Shown: positions 24,481 through 39,400 of the stretch, one piece after another | Layout: each line of letters starts with the position of its first letter | Numbering within the stretch: the first letter of the stretch is position 1 | Assembly (NCBI GenBank): GCA_048013815.1 | Contig: CM106585.1 | Span: forward strand, 9,300,001-9,364,000 | Length of the DNA: 64,000 nucleotides | From: Setoptus koraiensis | Lineage: Eukaryota > Animalia > Arthropoda | Direction of reading: 5' to 3' | The notes under the pieces: model-generated | What the model was told of the DNA's origin: nothing | What the model saw: only the letters and a program-made list of their open reading frames with translations | Database searches by the model: none | Translations under genes and position numbers: made by a program

Positions 24481-27400
24481 TGTATGGTCGATGCCAGCGT
24501 TGATCGATGCGTGTTGGTGCGGCTGTTGGTCGATCGACGTGACGCTTTTAGCTTTACATCGGCTCTAGATTTTTGTGCAAATGCCAGCAAACGAATCTCT
24601 TGATCTTGTTCGAATCTCGCCACCTTCCGATGAATCGGCTCTGAATCAATGCGCCGATTGACACGGTAATCGGCGCTGATCCTGATTTGATCAGCGGCCA
24701 GCTTGAGATGTTGTCGCTGCCGTCATTGTTGTTGTCATTGTTGCTGTTGTTGCTGTTGTCGCCGTTGTAGCTGTTGTTGTTGTTGTTGCTGCTGCTGTTG
24801 TTGTCGATGTCGGCCAATCATGATCATAAGTGAGTTGATCATGACTCAACTAGTTTCTGTGCCGGTGGTGAGTGCCAACAGTAGTTGGCCGACAATCAAA
24901 CAAAACTCAACAACTTTATGAGTTGAAATGGTTCAAAAAAGTGATGCTGCCCGCAACCAGTGTATACAATCATGCAATTATCTCCAAATATATTCCGCCG
25001 TCTGCTGTTGTGTTTCTATTCCAGTGGCCGTTGCTATGTGCTGCTATGGTCTGTCTGCACCCTGCCACAATATGGCTGCACCATTGGCCACCATTGGCCA
25101 TCATTGGCCACCATTGGCCAGTATTGGCGCCACTCAACTGCTTCCACTCGATCGCGATGCAGCTTTCGATGTCAAGACAGTTTAGAGACAGTGTAAAAAC
25201 AGTTTACAGACGGCCCACAGACAGTGCAAGCTGACTGGCGAATGGAGGCGACAGTTTTGCCAGTAGAATGAGGACACGCCATGTTGAATGTATGCCATCA
25301 ATCGTACAACATCATTAATGGCACTTGTCGAGCCAGTTTGCTAACCGGATTGCACACGAAGCAAAAGCGCCAACAAATGTTGTCCGTCTCACACAAAACC
25401 TCGGAGTGTTGAATGTTGCGACAACTCGAGAGAAATCATGCCCAATCACATCCTTGTATCACAAATCACAGCACGCTCGTTGGCCAAAGTGAAGCTCCAA
25501 AGTGAAGGGTGCCATATAACCGATAATAGTAACAAACTGCCAAACATAATACATCAACTATCGCCGACCGTTGAGATTTTTCTCACATGAACACATCGAT
25601 GACAATTACATGCTAACTGATGATGATAATTGCTCTGACACAATTTGCGCCTCAATGTTGCCGCGCACGCATCAACGCTGCTCATTGATTCAAATCAATC
25701 AATGAGCGTTTATTTACATGCAATTGCCATCATGTAATTGCCACTGTGTAATTGCCATTGCGTAATTGCCATTATGTAATAGGCATGGCTTGTAGCTACC
25801 GTAATGATGCTACACACCATGCCATGGTAGTAGGTAGGTTTATTACTACAACATCTTGCACCGGAACAACAAACACCGCAGCACGTCGAGTGACAAATTG
25901 AATTTTGGCGGCCCCATTTGTGGTGGGGCCGCAGTCAACTGCCGGCTGTTCATTGTTGGCGCCTTCTATTTGTCTCATCGAACAGAGGCGATAAAAATTC
26001 AAAGTCCTACGATTCAGTGAACACACAATAGTTCCCATGACCAATCGATTCATTGGTGTCCATTGTAATCGCCCGTCGTGCTAGTCAACAACTACTGACA
26101 ACATCCACTGTTGATGTGTATTCATTGTTGATTGTTTTCGACATGGCTCTATTCTATTGCGTGCGTTCCAGTGTGCCCCTGATCCATTTCAGCAATTCCA
26201 TTTGGCCCGTCCGATGGATAATTAACACAACCATTGTCGTCGATGAATAGTGCCAAATAATGTCCGTTATTGCAACCATAATCCTATCTAATCAGCCCTA
26301 TAAACAAAAAAGTCTCGACTCAATTGTCATTGTTACCAACAGATAAATAGTGGGCCGCGTTGCCTGTTCATCGCACTCTAAGTGGCAATATATATATATA
26401 TGTATGTTGCTATATTGATTCATCTTCTAGAATTAAGCGCCCTTTCCCATGATGTTTTATTGTTTGTGACATATCGCACAAATTGGCAAGCATGCGATTT
26501 TATTCCAGTTGAAGAAACAATTGCCTCTGATCCTGGGATCACACTGCTCGAACCTCACACTGATTTGTCAGCATTTTCTCGGGCCTCACAATGCAATGAT
26601 AACGGCCGCCACGCTTGCCGCATGCAGGCATCAGTTACCATTATCAACAAGCGATCGGCAAGTGCACCCAAGCCTAAATCTGATATCAATTCCAACAACC
26701 GCAAACAGCAACGTCTATATAGATATCATCTGATTGATCTCTTCTCTTGGCAAGCTGTCCCTGGCACTTCAGTCTAAAACTATTACCACTCATATGCTAC
26801 TATTGTGTTGCCAATGTATTGTTTACGGTGTCATAACAGTGCCAATGTATAGGCTACGATGGGCCCCAGTGCGTATAATAACAATTGAGCTGATAACAAC
26901 GACCCCTCGATTGGGGTGCATTGTTGTTACCAGCTCGACTGGACAGATGGAGCCACTTGGCCGAATGCAAACTGGTCACTGTTACCATTGCGCACATTGC
27001 GCTCCATTAAAATGTAGCGGCCAAAAGATGAACTATATCATTGTTGTCTGATGATGGGTATTAACTATTAAATTAAATCGTATAAAAATACCAATCACAA
27101 AATATAGATACAAACAAGCTGCAGGCTGACAGGCAACAAATCTATCATCGATTGCTGTGTCTGTCTCAACATCAACAATTTGCACCCTCGTACACAAAGT
27201 GACCATTGAATCGCCATCGTCGTCACGACAAACGTTACATAACGTTCACTCTGGATGAGTGAGAGAGAGAGCAGTATGATAGTGAATTGTTGTTGCTGTT
27301 GTTGCCGTTGTTGCCGTTGTTGCCATTGTTGCCGTTGTTGCTGTTGTTGAGGTTGTTGCTGTCGTTGGTGTGCGTCGGATGGCCTCATCGCCTTTGAAAA

Positions 27401-30400
27401 ATAGATCACTGCTACAACAGCAACTACTGGCCATGCTGTCCGACTGGCTGACTGACTGTTCGTGACAAGCCACAAAATCTCTTAATTCTGTCGGAGTAAA
27501 TGGTTTGTGTATGTGTATGATTATATAATAGACAGCGCGATGCATTAATTTGTTGTGCGTGTCATGATAAATGATAATGGCGATATCGCATCATTCTCCA
27601 TTGGGCTGCTCGGATCAATCAGGTTAGACGAGAGGTGGTGGTGGTGATGCTTCACATTGATAAACCTATGTACATGTGGCTCATGGCGGCACACTGAGTG
27701 ATTCTATTAAAATAGTCCGAGCGGCCATCGATATTTTAAATGTGTACACATATAATAATGGTGTTACGCAATAATAATTCTAATAATAGTTGGTCAATCG
27801 TGCTGATGAATTAGCAACCGCTCGTCTCTGTCTGGTCGTCCTGTATATTGCATGCTGCATGGTGTACCAATACCATGTATGCAACCATTGGCCATCGAAT
27901 TGGCCATTGCTTCCGATGATCCGAGATACAATGCCATCTACTAGCAACCATTTACATGTGTGAACGAAGCCTGTGGTAAAGCATTGTTGATAGTGTCAAT
28001 TATTGCGCCACTCAAACCGCCAACAACTGACCATTGATGCACCTCATATGAGCCTTATATGACGCAACGCTGACAGTGGTCAGCAGTGACTCAATAGACT
28101 CACTATATTAAATTTGTGTAATTGTGTGATGATTGGCACACAGTCTTGTTGTGACTCAGTGCCAAGTGCAGCAGACAAGACAAGACAAGTATTTGGTCAA
28201 AAACATACACTGATCTTGACTGATTTGCTTGCTGCCATTGAACCACCCCAAGACTCACTGAGAATTTCTCTGTGGTCTCTGTCATTCATACACATTATTA
28301 TGGTTTGCTGCTATTATCTAATCATGTTATCATTATTATCATGTTGTTATGTGGTTGTTGCTTCTATGTTGATGTTTTGCATCGTCATCATGTTATCATC
28401 GCTTTATTATTTCATCATCGTGTTACCATGTTATCATGTCATCACGATGCCGTCATATCAAACGTGGATCAAATGCACATAAGTTCAGAGAGAATCTCCC
28501 TCTCTCTCTCTCCCTCTAGCCTGGGCACCGTTTGAGGCAATTGAATCTACTGGTCTTATTGGGGATATCAATTCAAAACAGTTTAACTCATTTGCCAATT
28601 CACTGTCATGAGCTACACAACATACCAGTGACCAGGTAAACGGTGGGCGTATGTTCTGTCCATTACCTGGTTGCATGTCGTTGTCGCTGTTGTTGTTGTC
28701 GTAGTTGTTGCTGTTATTGTTGTTGGGTCACGCCTCGTAATTTGTTATTGTTCCCCTCCACCCCCACCCCCAATGGTCATATAGCCATAGTTGATACAAA
28801 GAAGTGATCGTCATTTCGAAAAGCATTCGCCAATGTATTGCTGCCTCAATGTGTGCTGGGCCTTTGTTTGTGGCGCCCGCTAGAGGCGCAGTTTGTAAAT
28901 GGTTGTGATAGCCGGCGCATGGTCGCCGTTGCTAGCTAATCGTTGCCATATAGGTTGTGAGTATGTGGAAATGGCGGTTGGGGGATTGCTCATTAAATAA
29001 TAGTTGTTTTGCTGTGTTGTTGTAGCTATGTTGTTGCTTAAAATACAGTAGCTACACAGTAGACAGAGAAAGATAAGATAAAAATGTTAGTGTTTATGTT
29101 TGAGAGAGTGTGTACGTGCGCTCTCAAGAGTTGTTCCAAAGGTGAGGACCAGAGGGCCATAGGGAGAGCGCGAACAATACTTACGTAATCGAGTGGCTGG
29201 AAACACACAATGGCAAACATAGAAAGAAGGTCAATTGGGTTGTAGTTTGGTCTCTAGTGTTCATTAACCTATTGTGTTGTGCTAAAGTGATCACACCACC
29301 ACCACCACCACCGCCAACAACAACAGCAACAGCAGCAACAACAACAACAGCAACTACAACAGCAGCAGCAACTACAAAAACTGCCAGCCATCTAGCAACC
29401 ATTCCGGGTATCACGTGCAAAACCGCGCGCAAAGTGGGCACGTACTAGAGGCATGGTGACATAGCGGCGTTGCTGTTGACTGTAAATAGAGAGAAATCAG
29501 TGTTATACTACCATTTGTTTGTCATCCAACAACAACACGGACAAATGTTATATTACAACAACATTGGGAGCACGAGCAGTGGTAATAGCATTAGAATTAG
29601 TCAACAATGCGCGATTGGAGCCCCATGAAACTTGTTCGCACTCTCCTGGCATGTAGCTTGCACACACAATCTGTTGTGGGTCGTCGTTCTCTAGTTGTCG
29701 CTAGCTGATGCTTGATAGTTGCTTGTAGCCATAAGCTGGTCGTTGTTGCCGTTGGTTGATAGTTGATGGCAGATAGTGGAGCATGTTTGAACTGTTGTTG
29801 TCGCTGTTGTTGTTGTTGTAGTTGTTGTTGTGTTGTTGTTGTCGTTGTTGTTGCTGTTGTTGTTGTATTGAAAGATTGATGAGCACACAAGTAGAATGGG
29901 CATTGTAACAACATGTATGAACATCGTTATCGTATGATGCAATCTAACTTGCCCCATTTATGCCTGCTTGCTTGTCTCACAACAACGCGCACTGAAACTG
30001 AAACAGAAACAGATTTACAACAGCTTTCTCTCTCAATCTAAATCTGAATCTCTTACTCCCTAATGTTGCTTGCCATTAATAAAATCATCAAAATGAAAAC
30101 ACGTACGCAATGACAATGTCCACATTGCTGCACGCCTGTCTACAGTATTGTCGTGTGTGTGTGTGTTGTGTGAGGCATGAAAAGTCACGACCACCTAGCA
30201 AGGAGTCATCATAATAGCAGGCATATTACTTTATGATATCCTTGTTGTCCATATACTCTGCTGCTGTGCGCTGCTCCATCTACGAGCGCCCCCTAATGAA
30301 TTAAATAATGGATAATTCACATGAATCTCAGTCTAGTGGATGGATTCAATTTAAATTGCACACACACACCACCCGTGTTATATAACAATTATGTATATAT

Positions 30401-33400
30401 ATCTTTCCTTGCACTCTGTTTATCCGGCAACGTGCACACTTCCGCTTGACCCAACGCATGGCTGCTTTGTCGCCGGAGCACGAGTAGAGTAGCCAGCAAT
30501 GGGCCGGCAGCGGTCAGACGCTGACCGTCACAGGCGAAATTGAATGATGGCGCGTCGCGTGGCTCGACCGCTGCCCGCTGCTTGCAATCGAATACTTGCC
30601 TGCTGTCGTCGAATCCGTGCCGGCCTAACGGTCTCATCGGCATCATGATGATACGTATTTATATTAGCAAATCATAACATAATAATGGGCGCATCCGTTA
30701 TACGGGCGCTAAATTGTTTGTGACCATTGGCTCCATTTGGCCAGCCTTGCATCGGTCAGTTTGCGTCGTGGACCGGTCATTTTCATGGTGCCGCTATAGT
30801 GTCTCTACATTGCCAGTGACGATTAACTGTCCTTCTTATGCTGCAATGCGTTTCAACGCCACCATAAACCCTCGGCCCAAATGAATGTGTGCGATCGCGA
30901 CTTGCTATTGGCAGCAATTAAGCGTGAAGTAAATCACTCAGTTTGGCACTTCCATTCCAGAGGCTTGACTCTGAATATCGTTCTATTACAAAGTTGTGCT
31001 CGCCAACCATTTTTCTCAAGCAAAAAATCTATCCCTCTATTTGTCATTGTAAGTGTAACCATTTTGACTTGGGTTGTGCAACTGCAACTGCAACCGTGTT
31101 GTACCATTGCCTATTAATAACTATCCTATAATAGTATTCATAGATGAATGAGAATTAGGTTGGTCACGCCCAATATAAGCGTTGCCCATTATGATGATAT
31201 AATGTTGACTATGATTTAATCGGTTTCATGCCTCATGAGTCATGACTCACCCACAACTATCAAAATTCGCTATCATTCAACGCAAAATGAATTGTTCTCC
31301 TATCTGTGGCGCCCCCATTCTCTCTCTATCCGGATCATCATGTTGGTGTCTGAGAATTAAATCCATCTCTGGCCCCATCTCATCTTTATAAAGCGTGCGT
31401 GTGTGTCAAAATATATCTTCGCCGTTATCAATCGTTCTGTTACCGTGCGAACACACACACACACTAGCACACCACAAACAACAAAAATATCTAATGATAA
31501 CGCTCGCTGCAACCAAAACAGGCCCATCCAAGAATATCTATATCCTCAACCACCGGCACTATACTGGCCCCACATATAAAACTGGCTGTATATAATCGAT
31601 AAAATGCGCCAGTGTGGGCCCCTCAATGGACGGCGGCGGGCGCTTCATGTAAAATCAAAATATTAATTTATCATCATCTAAACTATCGTGCGCGTCTCAA
31701 CTAAATGATAATAACTATCTTAAAATACTGATTCTCCCCTCTGAGTGCGCCATGCAAGAGTGTATAACAGTTAGTTCATTGGCTGATGATATGATAATGC
31801 GCTAGTTCATTAGATCGTGAATATCGCAGTTGGCTCAATCCAAACAGTGTGTCAGCCACGGAATAATGCCGCCGCCGCCGCTCTGTCCGTCTTTATGGTC
31901 TATATGGTTGATGATTCAATCATGGTTCACGCACCAACACGCAACAAACAAGCAAGATAATAATAACACTAGATCATGGTCCAATGGTCAGCTTTGGATA
32001 GACGCACACACTGGCAATCATTTGATGCATGCGCTTATACGTGGATTCCATTGGATAATTTGACTGAACCTCTTTTGACCTGGTTTATGGGCGCTGCGTG
32101 CACTCTCATTCACGTAGTATGCCAATCTCAAATTGGTGATGCATAATGGTGGTCTCGATGAGCTGGATGCAATAGTTGTTTGACGGGCGCAGGGGGCATA
32201 TTGATTTGCGCTAGCAATAGAGCAACTGCCAATCTGGATACATCACACTGGACACTATATGCTAATAGAATGACCCAATCAATTTGAAAACCAGTTTCTC
32301 TGACATCCAACTGGCCAGTCAGTTGTGGCTCCGGGCACTGGGATGCCATATTATTTCTCTTTCTCTGGCGTGCGGTCAAGAAGGGCCCCTTTTCATCTTG
32401 GGCCCGTCACTGGCATGCATGCAACATCGTACATAATGGACAGTGCATGGCGGAATTGAATAATGGAAAGTGAATCATCATCATCATTCCTCTATTATTA
32501 GTCAAGCCCAGTTGTCCAGTTTGTTTGTCTTTCGTCTAGATTCGTTCTAGCATGATCGCGTCAACCATTAACATTGAATATAAGAATATAAGCGAGCGCC
32601 ATATCAGAGTTGTTTGTCAATTTCCTCTTGTTTATGCGTGACCAATTTCGCGCTGCCATCTCAGCTGTTGGCTGTATTTATGTCTCTCCGTGTCCAAGTT
32701 TGTATCACCATTGGTTTTATTGGTGGACTGGCGAGCAGGGGCGATAGGGCGATAGGGAGAGAGAGAGAGAAAGGCTAGAAACACTTGGGAGATAGTAAAA
32801 ATGGTCAATGGTTAACAGTGAGGCATCAAATCAGATCGAATCACATCAGAGCCAAAACAAATCACATTCAATTGGATTCGATGGATCAGTAAATCTTTCT
32901 CGCCGATGATAGAATATCATAGGCCTAGATACTACTAAATAGATTTTATCAGCAGCAACAGCATTAGTTGTGCGCCGTTGTAAATAAACAATATTGTTGC
33001 TGTTTGCTCGTTGTTCAGCGTTGGTTGTCCAGTGCGGTCCAGCCTCGGTTCAATTTTATCCGGTGGCACCAAACTTAAGCAGAGGCATCTAGTCAATCAA
33101 TCTAGCAATGGTGTGCCTCGTCAGAGTGGCCGCCGCACTGTGTGTTGCTTGACCCGTTGGCATCAACAACCATAACAACAAGCAAGAATCCAATTAAATG
33201 TTCACTGTGTCTGTGTGTAAAATGAGGCCTCAGGGAATAGGATATTATTTTCTCTGGTGGCCTCAACTTATAAGTGATATTCTATCTGTGTGTGTGTGTG
33301 CATATTCGATTTACCCGATCCGATCCCGTCCCGTCGCATCCGAACTCTTATCCTATTCCGTTGGTCGATTGGCCTGATTCCTTATAGATTAACTTGACTC

Positions 33401-36400
33401 GTTTGGGGCTCATTTTTATTTCCATCCATAATGTTCTATCTTACTCGGTGGCTGAAATTCAGCGCTGGCCAGCACTGAATTCGGCATCAGAGAATTGAAA
33501 TGGCCGCTGTGGCCATAGTGATATAACATTATTGATGTAACATGCCATTGTGCCCGCTATGGCTATTGCACCATCATCATTGCTCTCTAGCTAATTTAGA
33601 CAATTTATACCATCTATTAATTTAATCATACCATCCACGGAGCCAATGTGACCGCAATGCGGCGGTTTATGGGCCCTTTGTCTGTCTGTCTCTCTTTCTG
33701 GCTCTCATTCGTGTACTCATTCAGCTCATATCAATTTGGGCCGGCCACTTGACTCGAAAGCACGACCATGCCTACGCAACCAATTGCGCCAATTGCCCAT
33801 TGCCCATTGATAATTCCATGGCCTCGTCGCAGCAGCTCAGGGGACCTTTGCTCGAGCGACGGATACCTCACATGGTCGGAACATTGTTTATCTCGTTGGA
33901 TCGACTCTAATAATAACTTTTATTGGCCCACCATACCAGTCCTGTACGGCTTGCACACTATTCCACTAACTTTTGTCAATATGACCTCTCGTTGGTGCTG
34001 GGGACCTCGCTTGCATTATATAGATATAGATTGGCATTTCAGTTTTGTGTTATTTTGTTTTTATCTGGCCTCGCACAACAAAGCTCGCGCACCGCAGGCT
34101 AAATTATTCACAGCCACAGCTCAAAGCTTACGTAGCTGTGAATATTCATATTCGTCTCTATAATAGCGTGCACAATAAATCACCGCTGTACTACAGCGGC
34201 TGTAGCCCGAGTTCGCTGAGGCGCTCAATTTTGGCGGCGCCAAATTCAAAGCTCAGCTCATTTTTTTTTTCTCCTCGTCATGCACTCGGATGATGCAGTG
34301 CACATCAACACAAGATAATATACAACAGGATGTAAAGCACTGAGAGAAATAATACAGGTGAGGAGGCCCACTGGACGGACAATGGCGAGTGGACGCGATT
34401 GGCGAAAGAAGCAAGGTTTGTTTATTTGGCGCTGATCGAGCCAATGATGCCGATGATAATCATGTGCTGGTCGTAATAACAGCAACCAGTAAATGAGATC
34501 GTAAACAGGCGATCGGTGCGTTTGCAAATAACAATAAACTTGGCTCAGCAAGCAATTTTCGCCTCATGCAAACAACGAAATATTGAATCGGAATTAATAG
34601 TCAAAAATTGATGGCCAATGGACAAAAAGCGGAGCGCGCCGGCCAAAACAGCAAGCTGTGGCCAGACACGGCCAGTGTCGAACGCGAACGAGAGCTGTTG
34701 TCGGTTTTGCTGTTGTTGTTGTTGTTTCTGTTGTTGTTGTTGGCGGTGTTGTTGTTGGCGTTGTTGTCATGTCCAGCTTGTCAGACGGATGGACGAGGTA
34801 AGTGATCGACACGATCTTACGCCAACAACAATTATTGCGTGAATTCATTATCTTGGGCCATTCTAGTAATCGCGTAGAATACATTAAAATGAAATAAGTT
34901 GTTGCTTCTTGAAAATGATCTCATCTCACACAATGTATGCTGGTGGTTGCAAACATCAATCAGAGAGCCTCGAGAGCGAGAGAGCTGAATTAATGGCGAT
35001 CAGTTGTAGCGATTGTTGCATCACAACACTAAACAAGAGTCTGAGGCCACCACCATATCGATGGGCAGGCAAGCGCCAAGCACGAGCCGGCGAACAAGTG
35101 GCCATGCGAGCTGGTGAGCTAGTGAGCTGGAGAGATGAATTAGTTTCAGGCGAGTAGTAATTCAATTATTGCATAATCACACCTGCTTGCATTGCATTGT
35201 TGCGTCGCCTTCTTTGTGATGCTGCTTACACACACTCGCTCGCATTTGTGTTACATGTGTTTATACTGTTTATGAGCAGTGTGTGTACTGATGGATCATC
35301 ATTGTAAGATTGGCTCCATTCAATTGATCACTCAATTGAATTTAATTAAGATTTGTTGCGCCTGTCCATCAGCAGCGACGTTGTTCATGTCCGTTTGCAC
35401 GGCTCTCACTGACAAGATGGACAGGCCGGGACCGAGCTGTTGTTGTTGGCGTTGTTGTTGCTGTTGTTGTTGCTGTTGCTAGCATTGGCCAGGTAATAAT
35501 AAACATGTATAATGCGTATGCAGCCAAGACAGCGAAAACAATTACTATCTGGCGTATCATCTACTATCTGGCGTCCGTGTGCTCATGCCGCAACCAGCTC
35601 GGCCAACGGAATATCTGGCCCTACCCAAATGGCCGGTTGAACAGGGCGACACACCTACCCGGCCAATGATGATAATCGAAATTCAATTATTTTCGCTGCC
35701 TGCTTATCTGGCCCGCCGGTCGAAGCGGCCCAGTGTCAGCGCCAGTGTTAAAATCAGTGTCAGTGTGTGTGTTTCATCTCATTAGGGCTACTTGATGACG
35801 ATACAACTGATTTTCACAAACACACACACACACACGCACACAAATTGGTTGTTTGTGGTGTTTGTCTAGCTAAACTTACAACATTGCATGTGTATGAATT
35901 TGTAATCTGGCGTGTGTATAAGCCATGTATAATTCATGCTGCTGGATGAGCTGCCACTCTAATTGATCATGCCTTTTGGTCGCCCTCACGTCGGCTCGTC
36001 GCAGCCTCTTGGCCGGCCGGCCGGCTAACAGCAAATCGGCTGGCATTGCCATTGGAGCTCCTCTGGTGCGCCAATCGGGCGCATTATTCTAGGCGGGGTG
36101 CCACAATCATCAAAAATCGAGTGCAGCCTCTCGCAAGGGAGAAATTCCTCGCTGACTTACATGCTCGCTAAGCTCAACGTGCATGCGGTGGTATTATATA
36201 AAAAATGTGTCTAGTGTGTTCCCATTCGCGCTGGAACTGGAGCTCGAATTAGAAATCGCTAACAATGTTTACAGCGCAACAGCAACTGCAACAACCACAA
36301 CCACAGCAACCTTTGCGAGGCAACAATGAATTTCAATAAGTCGACCGGGCCACTAGACGGCCAGTTACAGCCAGTTACAGCAGCCAATGACGCTGTTAAC

Positions 36401-39400
36401 AACTTAATCAAAACCACACCCAGCCGTGTAAGCCGAGGTATATAAATATCTATCTGCATACTGTGTGTGTGTGCCAGCACCCAAAACACAGTGAGAGGGA
36501 GCATTTTTTAATGATTAATTGAGTGTTTGCGAGCCGCAACACATGCACCTCAACGACGACCAACTAGCAGCATGCATAATAATGCCTAGTTGCCTCTCAC
36601 CTATTACATATCGGTGCCGGCTCACCGTTGCCTACCTCACATCACACAGTCGAACAAGAGAAATGACGGTATAAGTAATGGAAACAACATGATAATTTAG
36701 ACATCACCGGTGGGTGCGCACCGCTCATTCTACGCTCCCCTACATCTTGTTGATCAATCATTATTTTGCACACAATCAACTATTCACTCACTACAGGGAC
36801 GCCTGTTGATTGTTAGCGCCAATACCAATCACTATTGCTACTGTCCGTTACTCTGTTCTCTTGTTCCAATCACAACAACACACTGACACTGCCTGTTAGT
36901 AACACTGTCTCCTGGAAACACCAGCCAAACAGATATTCATGATTGATTGAAAGGCAACCATCGGCGTCTTCAATTATTCATATCCACATGCCGCTGTTTC
37001 CGTTTCACTTCTCGCAAAGCTAATTCATTATCACTAGCTCGGACATAGCACGACGGTCCATATCTCCAAATCGGTATGTTTGCCCCAGTTGTTTATATCA
37101 CAATAATTGTATAGCAATAATTGTATCGCAATAATTGTATCACAATAATTGAGATACAACAACCAGAGATGACCAATATAACACACACAGCAAATGTAAA
37201 TCACGATTGGCCACCTACATAGGTGACCGGTGTGTTCCAATTGTGTGAACCAACAAACAAATGCAAACTAACCACGGCTGCGCAATACCAATCGCAAACA
37301 AGGCAAACATTAACTGACAACTATGAGTTAACTATTTAGCGACCAACTGAGGCCATGGGAAGGCACGATCCGTTTAAATTGCTGCCAGCGTATCTCTGCC
37401 TGCGAGCATCATCATGGGCTTTATGTTGCTGTCTTGTTTTGTGCAAACATACACACATTCACAATAGGCTAATGATTACATTTATTGATCATTGTCAGTT
37501 GTGTCTAACAACAACAACAGCAACAACAACTACAACAACAACAACAACAGATCTGTTATCCAATGACAAATCATTTGGATGGGGCATGAATAATTATGCA
37601 CACACACAACTGGATCGTTCAAATTTGTATTGTAGCCCAGATAATCATTTATATCAATTGTGTTTGCCACTCGCTCACTCAATGATTTATTGTAATCTCT
37701 TCTTCTACTTCTGCCTCTTCTATTGCTACCTCACCTGATGATCGAATTGCAATGACTATTCTTGCAAACAGGTGCAATACGCACAACAAACAGCTATGTC
37801 AGTGTAACTGGCATTTTATCATCATTACCTATAATAATAATGCCCAATAAGTATGTCTTGCTCTCCTCTAATGGTCTCTGGGGCCAAGCACTAGCAACCA
37901 AGTCAACAGGCTCAGGCTCTATCAAAAACACTTGCATGTTTGCTAAGTGAGGCAAAAGGGTCGAAAGTGGAACTGCTCTCTATTTAGGCAACAAAATAGA
38001 CAATCAAACAATCGCTCTTATTTTGGTTCACCACCATCAGCGACACACTTGCTCTCAAGACGATGAATAATTCATCTTAATCACACTTCACTATTGTATA
38101 ACCGTGTTACCTGATTCGTGTTTGTCTACTGCAATGTGATGTGATGTGATGTAAGGCAAAAAACTAACAGCAATAAGAAGCATTTACTTGAATTATATTT
38201 TATGTCTCACTTGTAAGAACACCACCGCCGACTCATGAACATACTTAACGTTTTATCCTACTACCAAATCAAACCCTATTTAGGCACTGGTAATACACAA
38301 GTGTCGATAATGGGAAATCACGTTTCCCATTCATTCACTATTAACAACAAAGACATTGCTTCCTTCCGGCGATTCTGCTATTTCATTCATTCTTCATGGA
38401 CCAACAATTCACGAATAAACAGGAGACACGATGTTTAGTGACCTCTACTACGAAACACCCATTACTACTGCAATGGTCATCATTAAACTAGTGCACTTGT
38501 TGTTGTTGTTGTTGTTATGTCACATTGTTGTTGTCAAAATCCAATCTTAGATTTACTATGATTAATATTCAACTTTTGCCAGGTATGTGTAAGCAAAAGT
38601 AGTTGAATATTCAAGCACTTCTTCGGTAAACTGGAAACATGCTAACACCAATTACTGTTTACCTGTTCCCCTTGATGTTGTTGCTGTTGTTGTTGTTGTC
38701 AGATTCTTGTTCTTATCCGACTGCTATTTATAGCAGCAGCTGTCTTGTTTGCACACACAAGACATACATTTTCCATTAGTTGTTATTACCGTTGCATATC
38801 CACGATTGTTGGATAGATTTTCATAATAGCAAACAGCAAAAAAGAAATACAGAAAAAAGAGGAGAGCCCTCGATGAAATGACCAATCAATGACGATTGAT
38901 GATCTAACCAATCAGGCCACGAATGGCGCGCGCGTGTTAACTCCAACAGTTAGACTGATCGATCAATCTGTTCGATGCTGTCGATTGAACTAGACAAGGG
39001 GCGGAAAAAAAAGAAATAATGGTCATCCGACAACGATTAACATGCAAACTAGGGCCATGTCAAATAAAAGTGTGTGTGTGCGCTTTTCGTTGAATTATAA
39101 TAATATCTTTAATTTAATAATGACTAGTAATAGTTGGTTGTTGTGTTTGTTTGTTGTGTGAGTGAGTTTGTCATCCCATCTATCTTAATGTTGGCTTATT
39201 TGTAGTCGTTGAATGGTCATCATTCAGTTACGCATATATAGACCAATTGAGTTTTGTTGCTTTTTTTCGTTATATTTATAGCTCCTAACGTAGTTATTTG
39301 TTAACATTGTGTTGATAGTGATATAGTTATACATGAAATGTTATGTAATATATGTACATCTGCATCATTGTTTTTGCTATTGTTGTTGTTGTTATTATTG

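Noticed and set aside
34608-34797. Plus-strand ORF with poly-Leu ending at a GAG|GTAAGT donor
   Set aside because: The hydrophobic run is just a TTG microsatellite, and I found no downstream exon.
38560-38590. Pyrimidine tract plus CAG|GTATGT resembling a recursive splice site
   Set aside because: It is on the plus strand, where no spanning gene was identified.
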